Assembly: GCA_951406725.2 (NCBI GenBank)
Contig: OX597824.1
Span: forward strand, 89,094,001-89,158,000
Reading direction: 5' to 3'
DNA length: 64,000 nt
From: Octopus vulgaris
Taxonomy: Eukaryota
The position numbers and the translations under genes are program-made. Each line of letters begins with the position of its first letter. Position 1 is the first letter of the stretch. Below are positions 41,542 to 55,913 of the stretch, in pieces. The notes beneath the pieces are model-generated. The model had not been told where the DNA came from, did no database searches, and worked only from the letters and a program-made list of their open reading frames with translations.

Positions 41542-41599
<58 letters not shown>

Positions 41600-41676
41600 A
41601 TATATTATGTATACATACATGCACATACATGCACTTACGCATCTCAGTAAGATTTATGAACATATTTACAGGCTTA

Positions 41677-41707
<31 letters not shown>

Positions 41708-41723
41708 GTACGTATTTATCTGT

Positions 41724-41765
<42 letters not shown>

Positions 41766-41794
41766 ATGTATGTATGTATGTATCTATGTGTGTG

Positions 41795-41845
<51 letters not shown>

Positions 41846-41864
41846 GTATGTATCTATATGTGTG

Positions 41865-41901
<37 letters not shown>

Positions 41902-41993
41902 GTGTATATATATATCACATATTTGTTGACATTTGTTTATATATATATGTGTGTGTGTGTGTGTGTTTGTGTGTGTATATATATTTGTTCATG

Positions 41994-42035
<42 letters not shown>

Positions 42036-42348
42036 TCCATCCATATCTATAAGCGTGTATACATAAACGTATCTGTCTCATTCTTCAAGCAGAAGAAGTA
42101 AAAGGTATAAACATCAATTGCAAGAATGGAGGCTTTTATTCAATTTCATTTCTGCGTTCTCTCCTTTATATACGACTTGCATTTCATAGGCTTTCCAAGC
42201 AATGTTAACAAGCCGTCTCACAATGCTTCACTTAAACTACACTAATATATACTAGTGGGCATTACTCTCCTGTGCTTCTGTGTTTATGTATAGAGAAAGT
42301 ATTCTGTCGCAATACAAAGGAAAGTGTTCTCCCGTCAGATCTATCTAC

Positions 42349-42398
<50 letters not shown>

Positions 42399-42547
42399 AT
42401 CTATCTGTCTGTCTGTCTGTCTCTTGGTCTATCTATTTATCTATCTGTCTGTCAGTCAGTCTATCTCTCTGTCTGTCTCTTTGTCTATCTATTTATCAAT
42501 CTATCTATGTATCTGTCTGTCTGTCTGTCTATCTCTATGTCTATCTA

Positions 42548-42593
<46 letters not shown>

Positions 42594-42736
42594 AGCCTCT
42601 GTGTCGTTCTCTTTATGTATGTATGTATGTGTCTATCTGTCTATCTACTTATTTACCTATTTTTATATCAATATTTATATATATATATGTGTGTGTGTGT
42701 GTATATACATGCACAAATACCTATACACTTTTACAT

Positions 42737-42777
<41 letters not shown>

Positions 42778-43062
42778 TGAACATACACTTGATGTTATTT
42801 TAGTTCTCTCCACTAGAATGTTCTCCTCAAAATATGAATGTGCTACTTAAAGGCTGCGACCATTATTAGAAACCAATGAGATATTCTATTTGAAGTTTCC
42901 GTACTTCTTTGCTCAAAGAGTTTTGTCCGTAAAATATGATCACGTGACCACTTGGCTGCAGAGCAACCGTATTTTTATTGCACAAACGAAACTGTACTGG
43001 TTTTTTTTTTGTTCCTGGAAATACCTTTTTGTCTATAAGCCTATGTCTGTCTGTCTGTCTGC

Positions 43063-43191
<129 letters not shown>

Positions 43192-43204
43192 CGTCCGTCC
43201 GTCC

Positions 43205-43239
<35 letters not shown>

Positions 43240-43275
43240 AGCCGGTCTGCCTGTTTGTCTGTCCACATATGTGTT

Positions 43276-43336
<61 letters not shown>

Positions 43337-43414
43337 ATACGCAGGAGTGGCTGTGTGGTAAAGTAGCTTGTTTACTAGCCACATGGTTTCGGGTTCAGTC
43401 ACGCATGAAACAAG

Positions 43415-43980
43415 GCAGAAAAGCTGGCAGAATCGTTAGCACGTCGGGCGAAATGCTTAGCGGTATTTCGTCTGCCGTTACGTTCTCAGTTCAAATTCCG
43501 CCGAGGTCGAATTTGCCTTTCATCCTTTCGGGGTCGATAAATTAAGTACCAGTTACGCACTGGGGTCAATATAATCGACTTAATCTGTCTGTCTGTCCTT
43601 GTTTGTCCCCTCTGTGTTTAGCCCCTTGTGGGTAGTAAAGAAATAGGTATTTCGTCTGTCTTTACGTTCTGAGTTCAAATTCTGCCTAGGTCGACTTTGC
43701 CTTTCATCCTTTCGGGGTCGATAAATTAAGTACCAGTTACGCACTGGGGTCAATATAATCGACTTAATCTGTCTGTCTGTCCTTGTTTGTCCTCTCTGTG
43801 TTTAGCCCCTTGTGGGTAGTAAAGAAATAGGTATTTCGTCTGTCTTTACGTTCTGAGTTCAAATTCTGCCGAGGTCGACTTTGCCTTTCATCCTTTTGAG
43901 GTCGATAAATTAAGTACCAGTTGCGTACTGGTGTCAATCTAATCGACTGACCCCCTTCTCCAAAATTTCGGGCCATGTGC
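43415..43980 (+). mobile_element. SINE family B with three tandem internal units
   Basis: GGTATTTCGTC at 43462, 43646 and 43830 (period 184 bp). Confidence 0.9.
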
Positions 43981-44416
43981 CATGTGCATGACTGTTACGA
44001 AATTCATCAAACATTTGAGCTGGCATTAATGTCTGTCTCTGTCAAACTTATTGAATGCTGGAAGTTGTATGGAGATTTGATTTTTAAGCATGTTTTTCCT
44101 TTCTACTTTCAGTCTCTCTCTTCAACATTTTTCAATTTGCCATTGTAAAGCAGAAAAATAAATTGTCGAAACAGGTATAATTTTTTAAAATAAATTTCTT
44201 ACAAAATTTTAAAACTACAACGTTTTAAGAACTTTTAAACACTCAAAACCACTCTCCTATATTCTTTCCTTGGTGATAAATACATTTTCCTTCTAAATAC
44301 CCTCACCCTAATACATCTCAGATAAGGGGAGGAGCGGATATAAATTTCAGATATCCAATCTGTTATTTGGGAGTCAATACCCATCAACGGCCAGCTAGAA
44401 ATACTCGGCGAGTATT

Positions 44417-44840
44417 AAGGCGGCGAGCTGGCAGAAGCGTTAGTACGCTGGGCGAAATACTTAGCGGTGTTTCGTCTGCCGCTACGTTCTGAGTTCAAAT
44501 TCCGTCGAGGTCGAATTTGCGTTTCATCCTTTCGGGGTCGATTAAATAAGTACCAGTTACGCACTGGAGTCGATGTAATCGACTTAATCCGTTTGTCTGT
44601 CCTTGCTTGTCCTCTGTGTTTAACCCCTTGTGGATAGTAAAGGAATAGAAATAGGTATTTCGTCTGCCGTTACGTTCTGAGTTCAAATTCCGCCGAGGTC
44701 GACTTTGCCTTTCATCCTTTCGGGGTCGATAAATTAAATACCAGTTACGCACTGGGATCGATGTAGTCGACTTAATCCCTTTGTCTGTCCTTGTTTGTCC
44801 CCTCTATGTTTAGCCCCTTGTGGGCAATAAAGAAATAAGA
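44417..44840 (+). mobile_element. SINE family B with two internal units
   Basis: Head AAGGCGGCGAGCTGGCAG followed by two units. Confidence 0.9.
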
Positions 44841-45257
44841 AATACTCGGGTGTCACAGCAAGGCGTCCAGTTACGTCATTCATAGAAGGAAACGCACCAG
44901 ATGTGACTAGAACTTGTGAACTATGTTGTCAAGACCGAATGGAGCTAAATGTATTGTTACCATTTATTTCTTACTTCTATTCTTACTACTTCTTTCTACC
45001 TCTCTGCCTATCACTCCCTTGACAAAATAGAATTACTTCAAATCGCCAAGTTTAAAGAGTGGTAGACGTGTTACTTATCGTCGAAATCGCCGTGTCTATC
45101 GTCCTATTATACGATATTCCGAAGGAACTGTTCTTATATATGCTGTGAAAGATAAACTGCACAGTGCATATGTCTAAATCAATAACTGTTGAAATGCTAG
45201 TGAACATGGCGCCTCATGGGCCAACGAAATGATTGTAAATGATGAAATAAAAATCTA

Positions 45258-45592
45258 GTGGCTGTGTGGTAAGTAGCTTGCTTCCCAACCACATAGTTCC
45301 GGGTTCAGTCCCACTGCGTGGCACCTTGGTTAAGTGTCTTCTACCATAGCCTTGTGAGTGGATTTGGTAGACGGAAACTGAAAGAAGCCCGTCGTATATA
45401 TGTATGTTTATATATATATGTGTGTGTATACGTTTGTGTGTATGTCTCCCCCCCCAACATCGCTTGACAACCGATGCTGATGTGTTTACGTCCCCGTGAC
45501 TTAGCGGTTCGGCAAAAGAGACCGATAGAATAAGTACTAGGCTTACAAAGAATAAGTCCTGTGGTCGATTTGCTCGACTAAAGGTGGTGCTT
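45258..45592 (+). mobile_element. SINE family A (tail truncated, joined to a family D fragment)
   Basis: Family A body up to CTAAAGGTGGTGC, then GGATTGTGATTTCAATTCC..CTTGAGCAAAATACTTCATTTCACG. Confidence 0.8.
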
Positions 45593-45980
45593 CAGGGATT
45601 GGACCCATAGTCGTAGGATTGTGATTTCAATTCCTCGACTGGGCAGTATGTCATGTTCTTGAGCAAAATACTTCATTTCACGTTGGTCTAGTTCACCCAA
45701 AGCGGACACTATATGCGCCATGGATACCGAGAAAACCGACCCAATGAGCTGATATGATTCGGGAAGGATCTTTAAACCCCCACACACTCATTTATATATA
45801 TGTGTGTGTGTGTATGTATGTGTGTGTTACCATAATTGTTGCTTTTACGTAATCGGAAACGACATTACGTACCATGCTGTCGCTAATTATCTTAGGAGCC
45901 ACATGTATCTTGAGGGGTGGGGACACACACACCCTGATAGATTCATCACGCTTGATCCGGGGGAGCAGTTAGAATGTGAC

Positions 45981-46026
<46 letters not shown>

Positions 46027-46173
46027 AGAGAAAGAAAAAATTAGCATCAGCAGCAGTGTTAGGCTGGTGCTTTATGTATGAAACCCGAGAAGATGAAAAG
46101 CACAGTTGAGTTGGTGAGATTTGAACTCAGATCCCACTAAGTGAACTGGAACAAATTATATATATATATATAT

Positions 46174-46372
46174 TTCGTTTTTGGATTTGGTTTGCAAGAT
46201 TCTTTATATGTGTTCGTGTGTTGAAGCATATTCTGTTGTGTCTGGGGAAAGTCATTCTCTTTTAGTGCCTTATTATTTAACAAACTCACCGGTAAAATTT
46301 CCACTTATTTCTTATTTTTTACTTTCTAAAATTTTCGTTGCGTCTTGCAACCTTTTCAATAGTTTTGACTCT
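46174..46372 (-). mobile_element. Dispersed ~200-bp repeat (family of 55853-56200) with degenerate hammerhead-like motif
   Basis: Minus strand: cta-TTGAAAAG-GTTGC-aagac-GCAAC-GAAA-ATTT-tag; flanked by (TA)n. Confidence 0.5.
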
Positions 46373-46373
46373 C

Positions 46374-46680
<307 letters not shown>

Positions 46681-46682
46681 GA

Positions 46683-46727
<45 letters not shown>

Positions 46728-46742
46728 CATACATACGTACAT

Positions 46743-46803
<61 letters not shown>

Positions 46804-46816
46804 CACATACATACAT

Positions 46817-46859
<43 letters not shown>

Positions 46860-46870
46860 CATACGTACAT

Positions 46871-46904
<34 letters not shown>

Positions 46905-46916
46905 ATACACATACAT

Positions 46917-46995
<79 letters not shown>

Positions 46996-47898
46996 TACAC
47001 GGACACACATATAAGCCATAAAAAGTCAGGAGGTATGAGAAGTGAATATATTTATTTAACCATTTGTCATCCTTAGGATTACGGCTGTTTCGTAGCCTTC
47101 ATCATGCAATTATTATTTCAGTATATAATAAATTATATCTATATAAATGTGTATGCTACACATCATACAATTCAATCGTATATTTACAAATCAGTAAATA
47201 CAGAGAAAGCTAGCTGATCAGATCACCAGAACATCATTTCTTTATATTCCTCTAGTGCAGTTTGAACCTTCAATTGGGCGACAAATGATCAGTGATTAGA
47301 ACACCATTTGTACTCCTGTTCGTGTATTGTGCCGGAATCCTTTGTTATGAATCCCTGGTTTGAGTACCATGCAAAGTATATGTCCAAAATAAATTAAAAA
47401 AAACGTGGAAGATTGTTTCCCCTTCTTCTCTCCAATATACGTGCTGAATTCTATTGGTAACTGACCTCTGACCCTTGTAATGCCATTGAACAAGCTGACT
47501 AGTATAAAATATGAGGCAGACAACGTGACTTCAGTGTAATAAATTATGGCGTAAGTCTGCAGTTCCATATTTAAACGATTAATAGAATTATAATATGCCT
47601 CAAGTACGAGTGGAACGCTGTTGAAGAAAATTGATATAAAGACATGTCATGAATAAATACTTGCCTACACTGTTGCATAATATAGGAATATTCATGAAAC
47701 AATTGTAAATTAATGTATTAAAAAGAAATGCTCTCTCCACACGGACACACGGACATACATGGCATTTTATATAAACCTTTCAATTTAATGTATTCCATTG
47801 TATGAGGCGTTTAGTAGCTCTTTATAATTATATATATTAAATCAAACGTATATATGTATATATATGCATGCGTATATACAAGATCTATCAATCTATCA

Positions 47899-47960
<62 letters not shown>

Positions 47961-48050
47961 TTATCTATCTATCTATATATTTCTCTCTATATATAATATC
48001 TATATCTATCTATCTCTCTCTTGATATATATATGTTTATATATCTATATC

Positions 48051-48141
<91 letters not shown>

Positions 48142-48156
48142 ATATATGTTTATATA

Positions 48157-48206
<50 letters not shown>

Positions 48207-48210
48207 CCCC

Positions 48211-48282
<72 letters not shown>

Positions 48283-48285
<3 letters not shown>

Positions 48286-48777
48286 TGGCTGTCCCCTCGT
48301 TATCGAGTATGGTCATTCCACGAAGCTTAATCAATGTTGTTATCGTGCAATGCCTGTGCAAGAAGATTTTTTTAAAGTGAGGAAAGGCTGTGCACTGAGT
48401 CAATCCCACTCACTAAGCAACAGCAGCCATAATCCGAAAAGAAGAACAAGTCAACATCATCGGTAACCACTGAGCCGCAGGTTTTATGTCGGATTTATCC
48501 CAGTTACTTGAGTTACCTTCTCCTAGAAGGATGCCCTAACAAAGGCTATGAGTCCTTCACTCACAATGGTTTAACCGCGCGATCGGGTATTCCGTCCGAT
48601 TATTTCTATGTCCCCACGCATGATACAGCCTTAAGACATTTATTGGATGGCCGTTGACTCTCAAGAGTTCCTCCGCCCTTTGACGGGTTTTGTTTTTCAT
48701 CTCGTAGGGTGTCCAATAAACACCCTCCTCACCAAGCAAACTTGGTGGGGTTGCCAGTTTAGTCGCCGACGATCCGC
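48283..48777 (-). mobile_element. Non-autonomous bipartite RTE derivative (5' UTR fused to 3' end)
   Basis: Starts GTCGGCGACTAAACTGGCAACCCC, contains CTAGGAGAAGGTAACTC, and ends with the same terminus as the RTE fragment at 56268-56310. No ORF; (TA)n flanks. Confidence 0.65.
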
Positions 48778-48940
48778 ATATATATATATGCATATGTACA
48801 TATATGCGTCTCCGATAGGCAAAGTTTTCAGTCTTATTGTTAAAGGCACGAAACTGTATTTTGGTCGATAACTGATGAAGAATTAGGGTCCTTCTGTGTC
48901 TGTCCAATGTGTATATTTTTTTATATTTGATGCATTTTTC

Positions 48941-48976
<36 letters not shown>

Positions 48977-49592
48977 CGGGCTTCTTTCATTTTTCGTGTA
49001 CCAAATCCACTCACAAGGCTTTCATGGCTATAGTAGATGACACATCTACTATGAGGCTATAGTAGATGACACATGCCCAAGGTGCCACGCAGTGGGACTG
49101 AACCCGGTACTATGTGATCGGGAAGCAAACTTCTTACCACACAGCCACGCCCGAAGACTTGTTTTATAAAAGAGTCTCAGCTTAGAAAGTATGTGGCGGG
49201 AGTGGGGGTGAGTGGAAAGGATGAAAGAAATCTGAGAGAAAAATTAGATGACAGGATGAAAAGGATTTTTCAGAATTAATAAACGAAAGTTTCGAATCTT
49301 AGCTCTCATTACCTAGAAATTGTCCAATAAACAATCTCCACCACAAGGTTAATATGACATGAATGACGGCGAATAAAGCCAGTGTACCATGCTTCTTAAT
49401 TAGGAACTGGTTCTTCAAAGGATTGATCAAATAAAATACCGTTGTTCCACGTATGTACCCACCCGAACATTATTCATATCTATCTCGTATATACAAACAA
49501 ATGCGTGCGCGCACGCACACACACACACACGTGCATGCACACATGAATAAAATAATAAAGGTATGTATGTGCGTAGTCTTATCATTTGGATT

Positions 49593-49705
<113 letters not shown>

Positions 49706-49990
49706 TGGAGGCACAATGGCCCAGTGGTTAGAGCAGTGGACTCGCGGTCGCTGGATCGCGGTTTCGATTCCCAGACCGGGCGTTGTGTGTGTTTATTGAG
49801 CGAAAACACCTAAAAGCTCCACGAGGCTCCTGCAGGGGGTGGTGATCCCTGCTGTACTCTTTCACCACTCTTTCTTCTGTTGGCCTGCTCGCTTAGCCAG
49901 CGGGGTGGCGTCATTCGAAGGCTAAAACAATGCGAATGCATTGTGACCAGCGATGTGTAGCAACATCTGATGGTCTGGTCAGTCACGTGG
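49706..49990 (+). mobile_element. SINE family C with tail type 4
   Basis: Complete head plus tail ..CAACATCTGATGGTCTGGTCAGTCACGTG. Confidence 0.9.
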
Positions 49991-50037
49991 TCAATATATA
50001 TATATATATATAATCCAAATGATATATATGTATACAT

Positions 50038-50210
50038 AGGCGTGGCTGTGTGGTAAGAAGGTTGCTTTGCAACCACGTGGTTCTGGGTACGATAGCCCCG
50101 GGCCGACCAAAGCCTTGTAAGTGGATTGGCTTGCCCAAGGTGGCATGCAGTGGGACTGAACCCGGAACCATGTGGTTGGGAAGCAACCTTCTTACCACAC
50201 AGCCACGCCT
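50038..50210. repeat. Inverted pair of SINE A heads
   Basis: AGGCGTGGCTGTGTGGTAAGAAGGTTGC occurs on + at 50038 and on - ending at 50210. Confidence 0.85.
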
Positions 50211-50480
50211 GGCACTCCATAAATTCCAAATTTTACTTTGGTACTTATGGGACCAACTGTCTTCGAAGACCCATATTGTCGCTCAGATATGTGTGTGTGT
50301 GTGTGTGCGTGTGTGTGTGTGAAGGGCTACTTTCAGTTTCTGTCTATCAAATTCATTCACAAGCCTTTAACCATCTCAGGGCTATAGTAAATGCCCGTTT
50401 CCCAAGCTGTCACGCAGTGGAACTGAACCCGGAACCGTGTGGTCGGGAAGTAAGCTTCTGTCCACACAGTCACGCCTGCG

Positions 50481-50541
<61 letters not shown>

Positions 50542-50638
50542 ATCAATAATAAAAGGGTAAGATCAATTAATTATTAATTAATTTTACCAAGTAGTGTTCA
50601 GTATGTACGAAGACCATTTAAGGTATATTTAAATCATT

Positions 50639-51080
50639 ACGTTATATAATTAGGGTTCAGTAAAATAATTTACTTTACCACACACTGAACTTTTAGAAAT
50701 AGCAGCCAAAAAGTCTTAGCTATTTCTTCTACTATAAGAAGAATCTCCCAGACAATGTATACTCAAAAATATTTCACGCAGGTATGGAGGGAAAAATAAC
50801 CAAAGATCACACGTACATAAGATTACTTGAGAACGTACGTTTCTAGATTAGTTGAATTTAAAAATCAACATTTCCTTCGTCAGCTCAAAGATTTCTTAGA
50901 TTTGGATTTGAGAGCACCAAAAATCGAACATACCCGTCTGATATGAGTAATCCCAGAGTATACATTGTCTTGGAGATTCTTCTTATAGTAGAAGAAATAG
51001 CTAAGATTTTTTGGCTGCTATTCTAAAAGTTCAGTGTGTGGTAAAGTAAATTATTTTACTGAACCCTAATTGTATAACGT
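50639..51080. repeat. Fold-back inverted repeat (~125-bp arms, ~190-bp spacer)
   Basis: 50639-50764 pairs with 50956-51080, with few mismatches. Confidence 0.9.
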
Positions 51081-51354
51081 ATATATATATATATTTTTTT
51101 TTTTCTTGAGCCCTAGAACTCGTGAGGACAAGATCCCCACGTTACGCTCCGTGCAAGGTTAAAAGATCAACAATTTTGATTGGAGGGGATATCGGTCCTT
51201 CCAGCTAACCGACATTCCATTTTATCGATCTCGGAAAGACGAAAGGCAATGTTGACCGCGACAGGATTTGAATCCAGAATAGAAAGAACCGGAAGAAATG
51301 CAGCTAAGCATTTTGTCCGGTGTGCTATGGATTCTACCAGCTCGCCACCTTTAC

Positions 51355-51397
<43 letters not shown>

Positions 51398-51589
51398 TAC
51401 AAATATGCACACATATTAACAAATATAAAACATGCGTCTATACCTACACACATACACACATGCATGCATACATACATACATACATACATATATACATACA
51501 TACATACATACATACATAAAGCTGAAGATCAGTGAAAAAAGAGAACACCAATGCTGAACTATTATTGAGAAATCTGCAGTTACTCTAAA

Positions 51590-51929
<340 letters not shown>

Positions 51930-52024
51930 TCTATATATATTTATGTACCTAGGTATACATACCTAGGTACATAAATACATATATGAATACACAAATACAT
52001 ACATACACGCATACATACATACAA

Positions 52025-52360
52025 ATGTGAATTTGTGTTAACTACACCCCAAAGATGGAGCCTTGTATCTTTGTTGGAAACTGGTTCCCTCCTCAGTGGA
52101 AGATTTGTAATAATTAAAAAACATAAAAGAGACATACATACATATATGTACGCACATATACACACATATGTACATTTATAGAACCACGCAATCCTACTGA
52201 ATTCGACGTGTAAAATTGAAGAGCAGGTTTATTGCAGGCTGAACAGACTGTATGGTCAAAATCAGGTAGTTCATCCGGGTGTGAGAATCTGTGTAAACGA
52301 CGTGGATATAATGTCGAAGATGTGACTCACATTATTGATAGCTGTCCGAGAATGACATCA
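52025..52360 (+). pseudogene. Dong/R4-type remnants (3' UTR 52025-52135; CCHC fragment 52279-52360)
   Basis: UTR similar to 40590-40670 and ending ACATACATA; CENLCKRRGYNVEDVTHIIDSCPRM. Confidence 0.5.
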
Positions 52361-52380
52361 CAGCACAATTGGGGCTAGAA

Positions 52381-52428
<48 letters not shown>

Positions 52429-52543
52429 ATAGGTGAGAGCTCGGCATAGGAAACACGTAGTTGCGTTCTAATGCATTTATGTATTCTATTCTTAGCATGC
52501 TGTATTTTTGTGTGATGATGTAAATATCTTTGTGTGTGTGTGG

Positions 52544-52583
<40 letters not shown>

Positions 52584-52686
52584 ATGTATGCATGTATGTG
52601 TGTGTGTATGTGTGTTTATGCGTCTATCTATCTATCTATCTACCTATCTATCTATCTATCTATCTATCTTCTCTATCTAGCCAGCC

Positions 52687-52782
<96 letters not shown>

Positions 52783-52783
52783 G

Positions 52784-52826
<43 letters not shown>

Positions 52827-52973
52827 CTCCCCCTCTCTCCCTGCCTATCTCTCATGTGTCAAGCCTAATTGCGTTAATCTGTATTACCTCAATACCTCTC
52901 TCTGTGTGTTTCTCTGTTTCGCTCTCTCCCTCTCTCTTTCTCTCTCTCTCTATCTCTCTCATTCTCTGATTGC

Positions 52974-53010
<37 letters not shown>

Positions 53011-53063
53011 TATATATATGTGTGTGTGTGTGTGTATATATATATGTATGTATATATATATAT

Positions 53064-53164
<101 letters not shown>

Positions 53165-53660
53165 AACACACACACACATATATATCTATTATATTGCAAT
53201 TGAAAGCTTGGGTAGTCAGCAGTATCAACACAAAAGAAGCTGTTTTGTTGTGTTTGTGGACACAGAACTTACAATCGTAATATATAAAGGTAATGTTAGC
53301 GGAATATGGAATGGATAAAGGAATGGAAAAGGAGGGGGAGGCGCCCCCCACCCCCCAAAAGAAAACAAAAACAAAAAACAAAACAAATGCAAAACGAAAA
53401 AAAAAACGAAAGAAAAATCTCAGAAAAATAACGAATCAGGCAGGATGTAAATCTTGAGGAGTGACAAGTCAACAAGGATGCTTCTATGCGGTCACTCAAC
53501 CTGCAAGAAATAACAGCCAACACACCTATACACACACATATATCTCGCATACATATCTCACACATATATACACACCTTAGTAGACTATATAACATGTGTA
53601 GATAAAGGCATTCAGAAACTGATATGTTCACACATTTATGTCAACGCACACATACACACA

Positions 53661-53723
<63 letters not shown>

Positions 53724-54023
53724 ATACGTATATATACACTCACGCACACAAACGCATACTCACGCACAAATGTATGTACATACAAACACACGCCACACGC
53801 GTACACACATTCTCTCTCTCTCTCTTTCTCACTCACTCTCGCTGTCTCTCTGACACACACACACACACACACACGCACACACACACATACACACGCATAC
53901 GTACATACACACACAAACGCATACTCACGCACAAGTGTATATACAAACACACGCAACACGCGTACACACATTTACTCTCTCTCTCTCTCTCACTCTCTCG
54001 CTGTCTACCTGACACACACATAC

Positions 54024-54054
<31 letters not shown>

Positions 54055-54219
54055 TTCGCACAAATACACTCAGTTGTCAGTAAACGTTATACTTCCATAG
54101 ATTTGAACAAAGCCATACGTCTGTGTAAAAAGATAAAACAGATAGCTTTGTATACATCAACGATACATGGACACATACATACATACATACATACATACAT
54201 ACATACATACATACATACA

Positions 54220-54251
<32 letters not shown>

Positions 54252-54607
54252 GCACATACGTGTGTTTCTGTGTATGTATGTGTATAGGTAGGTATGTGAG
54301 TCTGTGTATAGGTAGGTATGTGAGTGTGTGTGTATGTGCGTGCCTTGAGTTCGGTGGTATAAGCATAGGTGTATATACACAGGTGCGTAAATAAATGTGT
54401 GTATGTATATAAATGTACATAATCATATATAAGGATATATGCTGATCAAATATATAGGTATGCAGCCAAAAGGTACGCACACATATACACATGCATCCGT
54501 TCTGATTATATCACAATTGAAAGAGAGATACAAGAAGCATATATGTCTATGTCTATCTGTCTATCTGTCTGTCTGTTTGTCTTTCTCTCTCTCTCTCTCT
54601 CTCTTAC

Positions 54608-54644
<37 letters not shown>

Positions 54645-54650
<6 letters not shown>

Positions 54651-54809
54651 CCTTGTTTTTCTCCTTGTTTTTTTTTCTGTGTATCTTTCTGTAGAAGAGC
54701 GTAGGCTCGAAACGTAAAAGACTTTTTCTATTCCTGAGCGTTATACTAATACATTTGTTTGTTTGTGCACCACCTGCCTTCGTCTTTTGTTTACTTTCGT
54801 AAACTTTCC

Positions 54810-54812
<3 letters not shown>
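54645..54812 (+). mobile_element. Hammerhead-bearing small element in (TA)n (motif 54684-54721)
   Basis: tcttt-CTGTAGA-A-GAGC-gtag-GCTC-GAAA-CG-TA-aaaga. Stems I and II are perfect; stem III is the palindrome ACGT. Confidence 0.65.
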
Positions 54813-54869
<57 letters not shown>

Positions 54870-54876
54870 GTATATA

Positions 54877-55016
54877 TTATTTAAAAGCAGCAGAAATATA
54901 ACAAAAACTGTTACTCAGAGTTTGACGTTCCCGTTCGTCGGACATAACTGTCCGACGAACGGGAACGTGAAACTCTGAGTAACGGTTTTTGTTATATTTC
55001 TGCTGCTTTTAAATAA
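54877..55016. repeat. Fold-back (68-bp arms, 4-nt spacer) built from a hammerhead-like motif
   Basis: 54877-54944 pairs with 54949-55016. Plus strand: aactgt-CCGACGA-ACG-ggaa-CGT-GAAA-CTCTGAG-TA-acggtt (54946-54987). Confidence 0.85.
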
Positions 55017-55196
55017 AGTATATTACTCTACCTCTGGTATTTGAGTACTCTTTTTTCCACTTAGTTTCATATTTAAGTGCTTACTCCTGTATACACACAC
55101 ACACACACACCCACATATATATATATATACATATACATATATATATACATATACATACATACATACATACATACATACATACATACATACATACAT

Positions 55197-55236
<40 letters not shown>

Positions 55237-55273
55237 ATGAGTATATATATGCATATAAATCTATAAATCTTTA

Positions 55274-55530
55274 AATTCTTTTAATCGTTTCAACTTCGAA
55301 GCTGCGGTCATGCTGGGGCACCACCGCTGACTGTGCTACGCCATTATTTGAAACCTTCTCTGGTATGTGGCATTTGGTCAATGAGGGGGTCTAATTCTGT
55401 TGTCCTCATCTGTGTTTCCTGCCGTGAGATAGACTCGTCCGAAACCCTTGACAGGAGGAGATGCAATTTTGTTTTGAAGTCACCTACATCTACACAATGC
55501 TGCTCTCTCAGGCATTTTGGAAGAATATTG
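55274..55530 (-). pseudogene. CR1-group LINE C-terminus plus 3' UTR sharing its tail with SINE A
   Basis: NILPKCLR..VGDFKTKL..VSDE..LIDQMP..*, then GGTGGTGCCCCAGCATGACCGCAG..TGAAACGATTAAAAGA. Confidence 0.75.
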
Positions 55531-55534
55531 CGTT

Positions 55535-55618
<84 letters not shown>

Positions 55619-55913
55619 CGTGTGTGTGTGTGTGCGTGAGTGTGTGCGTGCGTGTGTGTGGGGTGTGTGTGTGTAAAAATACAAAATGGGACAAGAACGC
55701 AAAACTTCCAAATAGACGAAAAATAAAAAACACGGACGGGTCATTCGAAGCCTTTAATCTTCAGTCAAGAACCGGATCATCCTCGCAATTTCGGCTGATT
55801 AATCTTGAGATTGCTCCAATCTGGCCAGCCCCAAGGAAAAACTATATACATATTTCATTTTTGGACTTGTTTTGCAAGATTCTTTATGTGAGTTCGTGTG
55901 TTGAAGCATATTT

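Noticed and set aside
48845-48895. GAAAC..GTC-gataa-CTGATGA as a permuted hammerhead
   Set aside because: Only 5 nt lie between the site and the core, so stem I cannot form, and there is no stem II.
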